Positions 1 to 6,825 of a stretch of DNA of 46,997 nucleotides are shown one piece after another. The translations under genes and the position numbers were made by a program. Below the pieces are notes generated by a model. The model saw only the letters and a list, made by a program, of their open reading frames with translations, searched no databases and was not told the DNA's origin. This DNA comes from a virus (lineage: Duplodnaviria > Caudoviricetes), in the IMG/VR virus record IMGVR_UViG_3300048574_000506, positions 1-46,997 of that record, one strand, 5' to 3'. Position 1 is the first letter of the stretch; every line of letters begins with the position of its first letter.

Positions 1-2610
1 ATGCCGATCCTATGCCGGGCTTTCCACAACATAAACAAGGGAACGGCGTTGTCAGCTCAAATTTTCGATGAATTGGAACGCTTCTTCACGGAGTCCAGTT
101 GTCCAGTGTTGTTCCTTGGAGCCGGCGTCTCCATACGCGCCGGCTTGCCCACATGGCGGAGTTATGTCGAGCAGCTGGCGGAAGGTATCCGCGCCTCCGA
201 CCCACTGACTACTCATCAGATGTACGAGAGCGTGTCCGCTGGCGATTTCCCCCACGCGGTTGAGTACTTCAGGCTAAGTCAAAAGATGATCGAGGGTGAA
301 AAGAGAGACCTGCTGGCGCGGCTCTTGTCCGCTTTCAATGCCTCGTCTCTCAAGGCCGTGGTGGCCCTTCCTGCGCGCGCATTCCTTACGACGAACTTTG
401 ACCGGAGCATCTTTGACGCATTGGCTAAAGTGGGTAAGACAGCAAGGGATTACAAACTAGGCGATGCGTCATTCAAGCAGGCGCAGTGGGAGGAGAGTCT
501 TTTTGTTGCGCGCGTCCATGGTGCCGTCGAGGTTCCGGATGGAATGGTCCTGTCCAAATCACAGTTCGATCAACTCCTCTTGAATGAGGACTACTTGAAC
601 TTACTCAGGGCGTGCTTTACGCAACGAAACGTCCTGTTCTTGGGGTTCTCGTTCTACGACCCCGCCATACGATTCGTGCTCGATGAGATCAACCGGCGAT
701 TCGGTCCCGCGGCACCTGGTCGCCACCTCGCTCTACTGCCTAGGGACGCGACTGCGGAGTTTCTTCAACGAGCCAATAGGTTGAACATCTCTGTTCTCCG
801 GTATGACCCGGCGGATAGTCACGCCGAGCTTTGGAGGGCCCTCGATGAGTTCGTCTCTCAGAAGCGACGACGCATGGCCGTGGCCGCAACGCCTTCTTCG
901 ACGCCCACACCACTTGAGACCACGAGGAAGTACCTGGCCGCTTGCTATGCGCGTGCCCATAATTTGGGGACGAGCACTGCACTTCGCGAAGCGATTGCGG
1001 AGGGAATTGTCTCGGCATTGCTTCAGGAGGCTGCACCGAAGCCAATCGCTCGCCTTGATGTACTGGAACGTATCCGGCTAGTTCTGGGTATACGTGGCTC
1101 AGATGTAGAGTCTTTGGTCGACCCCGCGTTAAGGGCTTTGAACGAGGCTGGACTTTGTAGAAGGTTGAAGGATACGAGCGGCAGAGAGTCGTTCGTCGCT
1201 TGGATCGGGGCGGCGGAGGAATCGAACGGACTGAAGGCGGCCATCGCCGTTCTTACTAGAAGTTGTATGAACCGCGCCTATCTACAAGAAGGCTGGCAGG
1301 CCGATGCCAAAGTTGAAGCAGTGCTAGCAACTTTCTTCAATCGACTTGTAACGCGACGCGGTTGGGACCTCGGCGCGGCGTTCGCTTTGGGGCGTGCGCC
1401 CACGGTTGTTTCAATATCTGTACTTATCGCAGAAACCGCCCATGACCTTCCTGCGTATGACCGTGAACGCCTGGTTCGTGTCTGCCAAACTTTGTTGCAG
1501 AGACCCAGTGCGGAGGAGTCCGAAATCTTGCGAGAGCTTGGACGGGTCAGCTTCGCCCTAGAACTAGCCTTTCAGAAGCCCCGCGCGGTTCTTCTCCAGG
1601 AAGCAATACTTCCGCGATCAATTTATTTCGACGCGAGTGTCCTGATGCCGGCAATTGTTGAAGGCCACCCGTACAGTAGAGTCTATACGCGCGCCGTTGA
1701 CCGTTTAAGAGAGGCCGCGGCTTCTGGCGCTGTGGAGCTTCGCAGGTGCGTATCGGCTGTTTATTTGAATGAGATAATTACCCACCGTCGACTGGCCGAG
1801 GACTATGCCAATGAGATCGGTGGAGAATTCCCGGACTACGCACGAATGGATGCATTGTACCACGGGGTGACAAACGTAAATGTCTTCGTCGGGGCCTTTG
1901 CAAGCACGTATGACGAACGAAAGGAATCGTTCCCTGATTTTCTCGCGAGAGTGGCACCGTACAGAACAGAGGGCGACCTGAGGCGTTGGCTTGAAAATCG
2001 AGATTTCAATGTAGTTGATACGCAAAAAGGTAGTCGTTACGTTGATCACTACCAGTATCTAGAGAGGGCATATGCCAGCCGCCTCATTCGAGGAAAGAAG
2101 GCAATTCTGATCGAACATGATGCCTTGCAGCTTTCGCTACTCGACGATGAACTCGAGCGAGGCGAGAACTGCCTCTTCATAACGGCGGATAGGGCCTTGC
2201 ATTCGGTAACAGCAGAGGGTCCGTACGCAAGGCTAACGGAGATGATGCTCAGTCACGTTGCTCTGGTTCAGTTCATAGATCTGCTGCTAGGTGGCCTTAG
2301 CAGTGACGCTGGCGTCACGGAGTTGTTTTGGAGCGCCAAAATTTCTGATCAGGGAAATGCAGTGCGTTCGTACTTCACGACCCGCGGACTTGAGCAGTAC
2401 GACGACGCAATGTCACTCGAAATGCCGAGGATCGTTGAAAGATTCGCGGAGCTGGCGAAGTCGGATTTTGAAGTGAAGGGTCTGAATTTTGAGACTGATG
2501 AGCCAAGACAGCGCGCTGCGGCAATGCGCGGCTTGGGCGTTCTCGACAAAGGCTATCTAGAGAATATGCGTGAAGCCGCAGAAAGGGTTAGGTCGCGACT
2601 AGGAGACTAG
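1..2610 (+). CDS. SIR2-family (SIR2_2) NADase-domain protein with probable C-terminal PIN-like domain; candidate anti-phage defence gene
   Basis: SIR2 motifs PVLFLGAGVS, FLTTNFD, RVHG and VLFLGFSFYDP. C-terminal IYFDASVL…EHDALQL…LFITADRAL resembles the PIN acidic motifs. The true start may be the TTG at 49, which follows AAGGGA. GC is visibly lower than in the prophage. Confidence 0.8.
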   Translation: MPILCRAFHNINKGTALSAQIFDELERFFTESSCPVLFLGAGVSIRAGLPTWRSYVEQLAEGIRASDPLTTHQMYESVSAGDFPHAVEYFRLSQKMIEGEKRDLLARLLSAFNASSLKAVVALPARAFLTTNFDRSIFDALAKVGKTARDYKLGDASFKQAQWEESLFVARVHGAVEVPDGMVLSKSQFDQLLLNEDYLNLLRACFTQRNVLFLGFSFYDPAIRFVLDEINRRFGPAAPGRHLALLPRDATAEFLQRANRLNISVLRYDPADSHAELWRALDEFVSQKRRRMAVAATPSSTPTPLETTRKYLAACYARAHNLGTSTALREAIAEGIVSALLQEAAPKPIARLDVLERIRLVLGIRGSDVESLVDPALRALNEAGLCRRLKDTSGRESFVAWIGAAEESNGLKAAIAVLTRSCMNRAYLQEGWQADAKVEAVLATFFNRLVTRRGWDLGAAFALGRAPTVVSISVLIAETAHDLPAYDRERLVRVCQTLLQRPSAEESEILRELGRVSFALELAFQKPRAVLLQEAILPRSIYFDASVLMPAIVEGHPYSRVYTRAVDRLREAAASGAVELRRCVSAVYLNEIITHRRLAEDYANEIGGEFPDYARMDALYHGVTNVNVFVGAFASTYDERKESFPDFLARVAPYRTEGDLRRWLENRDFNVVDTQKGSRYVDHYQYLERAYASRLIRGKKAILIEHDALQLSLLDDELERGENCLFITADRALHSVTAEGPYARLTEMMLSHVALVQFIDLLLGGLSSDAGVTELFWSAKISDQGNAVRSYFTTRGLEQYDDAMSLEMPRIVERFAELAKSDFEVKGLNFETDEPRQRAAAMRGLGVLDKGYLENMREAAERVRSRLGD

Positions 2611-2617
2611 GACGCAA

Positions 2618-2673
2618 AAATGCACCAGATGGCGATATCAGCTAGTTTCAAATGCACTACTAATTTGTTGATT
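2618..2673. promoter_or_regulatory. Putative att arm of a neighbouring element: AAATGCAC direct repeats plus an IHF site
   Basis: AAATGCAC at 2618-2625 and 2650-2657. TAATTTGTTGATT at 2661-2673 matches the IHF consensus YAANNNNTTGATW and lies next to the tRNA-derived repeat. Confidence 0.45.
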
Positions 2674-2691
2674 ATTAACACAAATCCCGTT

Positions 2692-2735
2692 ACTGGAAAG
2701 GGAGGGACTCGAACCCTCGACCCCGGCATTATGAG
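2692..2735. repeat. Left attachment site: 44-bp copy of the tRNA(CAT) 3' half
   Basis: ACTGGAAAGGGAGGGACTCGAACCCTCGACCCCGGCATTATGAG is identical to 46941-46984. Identity ends at the edge of the anticodon loop. Confidence 0.97.
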
Positions 2736-2752
2736 AGCGGCGCGTCTAAGAA

Positions 2753-2829
2753 AATCAGCAGCTTAGGCGCGGAAATCGGGGCACATTCGGCCATTTTCGG
2801 GGGTGGCTGGGTACAAAACGGGCACAGTG
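2753..2829. promoter_or_regulatory. Phage att arm: IHF-like site and arm-type integrase repeats
   Basis: AATCAGCAGCTTA (2753-2765) is one mismatch from the IHF consensus. GTACAAAACGGGCACAG (2811-2827) matches GTACAAACCGGGCACAG (46887-46903) at 16 of 17 positions. A partial copy, GGGCACA, lies near 2779. Confidence 0.65.
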
Positions 2830-2872
2830 ATTCTGCGTCCCGCAGGCTGTCGCTCTACAGTTCAAATATCTA

Positions 2873-2921
2873 TTGACATCGTTCTGTGATATCCCTATTA
2901 TCGTTGACACAGGAAACGATA
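2873..2921 (+). promoter_or_regulatory. Sigma70 promoter and operator for the hicAB-like pair
   Basis: TTGACA(2873-2878)-N17-TATTAT(2896-2901). An inverted repeat TATCGTT…AACGATA (2899-2921) overlaps the expected transcription start. Confidence 0.7.
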
Positions 2922-2935
2922 TCGGGGTACGGTCC

Positions 2936-3139
2936 ATGCCGAACGACAAGGAAATTCGCAAGCTCATCCGGGACGCCGAGGGCTGGGCGGGCTGGCGCGT
3001 CGTGGAGGTCAAGAAGGGCTGGATCCTGTACCCGCCCGACAAGAACCTCCCGGGCGTCACGATCCACAAGACGCCGAGCGACTGGCGCGCGTGGAAGAAC
3101 ACGGTGAGCCTGTTGCGGCGAGCAGGCGCCCCGGTCTGA
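2936..3139 (+). CDS. HicA-like toxin (dsRBD-fold RNase)
   Basis: 67-aa basic protein MPNDKEIRKLIRDAEGWAGWRV…VTIHKTPSDWRAWKN…LRRAG, with the size and pattern of HicA-like toxins, upstream of a DNA-binding partner. Confidence 0.65.
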   Translation: MPNDKEIRKLIRDAEGWAGWRVVEVKKGWILYPPDKNLPGVTIHKTPSDWRAWKNTVSLLRRAGAPV

Positions 3140-3160
3140 CCGGGGCAGGAGGCGGGAGAG

Positions 3161-3625
3161 ATGGACTACACGGTGGAGTTGATCCTCGAGGCGCGGGACC
3201 CCCTGACGGAGGATGCGCTGCTCGAGGTGGCCGAAGTGGGCGGGGCGGCGAGCGGCCGCCCGGGTGAGACGCGCCTGTCGACTGTCCTGACGGTGCGCGC
3301 CGAGGATGTGGGCGAGGCAGGCGCAGCGGCCATCGAAACGGTGACGCGCCGCGTCGCCGGCCGCGTGATCGCGATCGAGGTCATGACGACCGAGGAAGCG
3401 GACCGGCGCCTTGCCGAGGTCGCCCCCCTCGTCGGCATCACGGAAATCGCCGGCATGCTCGACATCAGCCGCCAGCGCGTCTCGACGCTCAGCCGGCGCG
3501 GCGACTTCCCGGCGCCGCTCGCCCGGCTCGCGTCCGGTCCGGTCTGGAGAAAGGGCGATCTGTCGACGTTCGCCTCGGGCTGGCGCCGCAGCCCTGGACG
3601 GCCCCGGAAGGCCGCCAGCGCGTAG
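3161..3625 (+). CDS. HicB-like antitoxin with C-terminal AlpA-type HTH
   Basis: Acidic N-terminal domain, then PLVGITEIAGMLDISRQRVSTL…FPAPLARLASGPVW (HTH). Strong RBS AGGAGG. Confidence 0.65.
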   Translation: MDYTVELILEARDPLTEDALLEVAEVGGAASGRPGETRLSTVLTVRAEDVGEAGAAAIETVTRRVAGRVIAIEVMTTEEADRRLAEVAPLVGITEIAGMLDISRQRVSTLSRRGDFPAPLARLASGPVWRKGDLSTFASGWRRSPGRPRKAASA

Positions 3626-3627
3626 CG

Positions 3628-3957
3628 TCAGCAGCTCTCCATCCGGCCGGCACGAATCCAGCCGTGCCAGATGCTTATCCGCTGGCCATCACGTGGACTG
3701 ACGGCACCCAGATCGACGGACGGTGACAGCGTCGGACGGTCTTCATTCCCGTCCCACTGCCACGCACCGTCGCGTTTCGCGCCGGTGCTCACGGAAATGC
3801 GACACAGATTCTCGCCGGGCAACATCATCACCAGATCGAAGTGATCGCCATTGGGCGTGATCTGAAAGTCTCCGACTTGCGGACGTGTCTCACGGTCCCA
3901 CGACTTCCAATCGCGCTCAACGCGACGCATGTCGCAACTGTCGCGGTTCTCGCTCAT
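3628..3957 (-). CDS. Small conserved protein (DUF6527-like), last gene of the late operon
   Basis: Motif WQWDGNEDRPTLSPSV…WHGWIRAG. ATGA overlap with the upstream gene. Confidence 0.65.
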   Translation of the reverse strand: MSENRDSCDMRRVERDWKSWDRETRPQVGDFQITPNGDHFDLVMMLPGENLCRISVSTGAKRDGAWQWDGNEDRPTLSPSVDLGAVSPRDGQRISIWHGWIRAGRMESC

Positions 3958-4205
3958 CCACCACCTGAATGCAGCCTGGCCGCGTCCTCGTCGATCCGGC
4001 GCAGCACGTCGTCCCAGTCCTCGGCCGTGATGTCGCGGCTCTTGAGCTTCTCGGCGACGAGCCGCATGTGCTCGTCCGACGCCCGGCCCGCTTCGATGCC
4101 GTCGGCCAGCGCGTAGATCGAGTCCGACGAGCGCTTCTCGCCGGCGATGCCGAGGGCGAGCGCGGCCGCGCGCAGGGCGACCAGCAGGTAGAGCATCGGG
4201 TTCAT
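3954..4205 (-). CDS. Small lysis-cassette protein with N-terminal hydrophobic segment
   Basis: 83 aa, coupled by ATGA overlaps on both sides. Confidence 0.65.
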   Translation of the reverse strand: MNPMLYLLVALRAAALALGIAGEKRSSDSIYALADGIEAGRASDEHMRLVAEKLKSRDITAEDWDDVLRRIDEDAARLHSGGG

Positions 4206-4942
4206 AGCGCGACTCCTGCGGCGAGGTGCCGCGTCTGGAAGTGAACGAGGGTCTGAATGGGTCCGTGATCGAGCGCCGCGCCGGGACTGCCGCGCGCCGC
4301 CTGCACAGCGCGCACGAAGTCGGCGATGACCTGCACGGCGCGATTGACCGCGGCCTGCAGGGCGGCCTCGTTCTCGGCCGTGCGGGCCTCGACGTAGGCG
4401 GCGCTCAGGTCGCGCAGCGCGAGCACGGCGGGGCGAGCGGCGAGCTCGGCCTGCTGCATAAGGCGCACGGCCTCGGCCGGCGTGCTGGGCTTCTCTTTCA
4501 GGTTTGCAGCCTCATGCACGAGGCTCGAGTAATGCTCGGCCAGCACGTAGGCGTACTCGTCAGGCGAGCTCGCGGCCTGGTAGGCCTGCCGGGTGCCGGC
4601 GCAGCCGGCGAGCAGCGGCAGGACGAGCGCCGCCGCGAGCAGCGCACCGATGAAGCCGCTCGAGCGCACGTCGTAGCCGCCATCGGGTTTGCGCAGCGCG
4701 TCCTTCGCCTCGGCCGAGCCCTTCGTCAACGCGATCGGCTGGATGTCCGAGCGCTGGCGCTTCCACCACGCGAGCGCCGCCGCGGCGATCGCGACGAGCT
4801 GCAGCACGGCGTTCACGGCGCCCGAGACGGTGTCCGGCGCGACCTTGTCGGCGACACCGAAGAGCACCAGGAGCTGTGTGATGAGCGAGACGAGCGCGCC
4901 GGCGTAGACCGGCGACTGGTACCAGGGAATGGACGGTTGCAT
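4202..4942 (-). CDS. Holin-like 2-TM protein fused in frame to a lipobox-containing (spanin-like) domain
   Basis: Begins PWYQS, followed by two hydrophobic helices and WWKRQR. A third hydrophobic stretch ends in LLAG-C. Lies directly downstream of the endolysin. Confidence 0.6.
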   Translation of the reverse strand: MQPSIPWYQSPVYAGALVSLITQLLVLFGVADKVAPDTVSGAVNAVLQLVAIAAAALAWWKRQRSDIQPIALTKGSAEAKDALRKPDGGYDVRSSGFIGALLAAALVLPLLAGCAGTRQAYQAASSPDEYAYVLAEHYSSLVHEAANLKEKPSTPAEAVRLMQQAELAARPAVLALRDLSAAYVEARTAENEAALQAAVNRAVQVIADFVRAVQAARGSPGAALDHGPIQTLVHFQTRHLAAGVAL

Positions 4943-4977
4943 GGTCAGGTCCTCGTGATGATCGAAATTGAAAGAGA

Positions 4978-5496
4978 TCAGAGTCCGAGCGCCTTGCGCG
5001 CGCGCAGCCAGTAGCTGATTCGGTCGTCGAGGCCGGTATAGCCACCGTTGATCGCGCGCGTGAGCAAGCCGAACTCGTTCGAGTCGGCAAATCGATTGAG
5101 ACTGCGGCTCTGCCAGAACCAGCCGGCCGAGCGGCAGGCCGGAATCGGGCGCTCGAGCAGCTCGGGCTCATCAAGCAATGCGATACCGAGCGCTGTACCG
5201 CATGCCGCGTAGTTCGCGCGGCCGGTGATCTGCAGCAGCCCGCGGCCGCGAAAACGCGGGCCATCGCCGGGCTGCGTGTTGCCCAGATCGCGCCGGCCTT
5301 CATACGCGCCACCGCTCGCGAGCTCGCGCACGTAGCGCAGCTCGCCAGACTCGTGCGCGATCTGCGCGATCCACGCGGCGAGGCGCTTTGGGGTATCGAT
5401 ACCGAACTCCGCCGCCGCCTCGGTTAACGGCTGCGCATAAAGGTCTGGCCGGGATGCCGAATAGGGCATCACGGCGCGCAGTTGCGCGGGAGTCAT
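4978..5496 (-). CDS. Endolysin, glycoside hydrolase family 19
   Basis: Motifs AQIAHESG, FRGRGLLQITGRANY and TRAINGG. Confidence 0.92.
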   Translation of the reverse strand: MTPAQLRAVMPYSASRPDLYAQPLTEAAAEFGIDTPKRLAAWIAQIAHESGELRYVRELASGGAYEGRRDLGNTQPGDGPRFRGRGLLQITGRANYAACGTALGIALLDEPELLERPIPACRSAGWFWQSRSLNRFADSNEFGLLTRAINGGYTGLDDRISYWLRARKALGL

Positions 5497-5500
5497 CGGG

Positions 5501-5944
5501 CTACGTCTCAGCGCAGGCCGGCACGCGGAACTCGCGCTGCGTCAGATCGAGGTACTCGGCCTGCTTCTCGAGCACCTGGCCGCGGAAGTACGTGGCCGCC
5601 TCAACATTCTGGGCTTTGCACTGGCGGCTCTTGGCGTCGACGATCTCGCGCTCGAGATCGGCGGCGAGTTTGCGGATCAGCAATGCTTTGGTCTGCGCAA
5701 CGCTCGACGCGAGTTTGTCGACATCCTTGCCGATCTGCTCAATCTGCTTCTGGATCGGCTCGACCACCTGCGTGATCTTCTTCTCGACCTCCTGCGCGCG
5801 CGCGAATCCCATCGGCGTAAACGTCCACGCACCGAAGCCCGTGAAGGCGAGCAGCGCGAGCGCGACGTTCCAGCGCCAGCGCTTGAGCGTCTTCGCGTCC
5901 GCGTCGTCGGGCGGGCGGATGAAGTTCAGCAGGGATTCGAGCAT
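5501..5944 (-). CDS. Single-TM coiled-coil protein upstream of the endolysin (holin/antiholin candidate)
   Basis: Likely start at MLESLLNF. One TM segment (VALALLAFTGFGAWTF) followed by heptad-like helices. Confidence 0.6.
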   Translation of the reverse strand: MLESLLNFIRPPDDADAKTLKRWRWNVALALLAFTGFGAWTFTPMGFARAQEVEKKITQVVEPIQKQIEQIGKDVDKLASSVAQTKALLIRKLAADLEREIVDAKSRQCKAQNVEAATYFRGQVLEKQAEYLDLTQREFRVPACAET

Positions 5945-5963
5945 GCACGTCTCCGGTTTGGCG

Positions 5964-6437
5964 TCAGAATCGCCAGGCGACGAATACCAGGTTGCGGCCG
6001 ACGTTCGGGTACTTGAAGCCAGCGTTGCTCCAGTGCCGAAGCTCGATCGAGATCGGCCAGCGATCAAGGCGATACGCGAACATCAGACTGAAGTTCCAGG
6101 GCGAACCGTTGTAGTTGTCGACATGCTGCATGCGAGCGATTCCGATGCCAGCATCGAAACCACCGACATGGTCGACCAGCATCGCGCTCAGGACGGTCTG
6201 ATTGCCCTGTACACGATCCATGAAGGTCGACCGCCCCACCATCGTGAGCTCGTACTGCCACCGCGCATCGCCCGGTGCGCCGCGCGTCGTGGTGACCGCG
6301 AGGTCGAGCGCCGGCGCCGCGCCGCGCATGAAGGACGAACCCACGCCCACCAAGACGCGTGGCTCGGCCGCCTGGCTCACGGGCATCGCGCTCATTGCGA
6401 GCAGCAGCAGTCCGGCCGCGAGTAATCGGCATGCCAT
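5964..6437 (-). CDS. pagL: PagL-like lipid A 3-O-deacylase (outer-membrane beta-barrel)
   Basis: Signal peptide, alternating amphipathic strands, catalytic motif RHWSNAG…PNVGRN, C-terminal Phe and RBS GGAGG. Confidence 0.78.
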   Translation of the reverse strand: MACRLLAAGLLLLAMSAMPVSQAAEPRVLVGVGSSFMRGAAPALDLAVTTTRGAPGDARWQYELTMVGRSTFMDRVQGNQTVLSAMLVDHVGGFDAGIGIARMQHVDNYNGSPWNFSLMFAYRLDRWPISIELRHWSNAGFKYPNVGRNLVFVAWRF

Positions 6438-6456
6438 GGAGACCTCCGCGGAACTA

Positions 6457-6825
6457 TCAGGTCGTGTCGGTGTGGATCGTGGTAACGGTGAACGTCGGCG
6501 TGTCCGCCGTGAGCCCCGTCACGGTGTCTGTTACTCGGCCGAGATACGTGCCAACGATCACATTGCCGCTGAGCGACTTCGCGCCCGTGCGGCTGAACGT
6601 CGACGTCGCATTCGTCGGCGAGCCGGCATTGGCGGTCGATCCGCTAACGTAGACCCATGAATAGCTGTAGCTGCCGCTGCCATTGGCCGGCGTGATCGTC
6701 GCCGCGCTCGTGGTGGCCGAACAGTTGCCCGCACCGGGACTGCCGCAGCCGCCGCTCACGCTGCCGCTGATGGAAGCGGACAGCGTAGGCCCGCCCATGG
6801 CGCGCTTCATCAGTGCCGCGCTCAT
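6457..6825 (-). CDS. Small tail-tip/fibre accessory protein (G/S/T-rich beta protein)
   Basis: Overlaps the stop of the large tail protein; contains GSGSYSYSW and other beta-rich segments. Confidence 0.6.
   Translation of the reverse strand: MSAALMKRAMGGPTLSASISGSVSGGCGSPGAGNCSATTSAATITPANGSGSYSYSWVYVSGSTANAGSPTNATSTFSRTGAKSLSGNVIVGTYLGRVTDTVTGLTADTPTFTVTTIHTDTT

Noticed and set aside
2692-2735. Second intact tRNA gene
   Set aside because: Only the anticodon loop to the 3' end is present; the 5' half is missing. It is the att duplicate.
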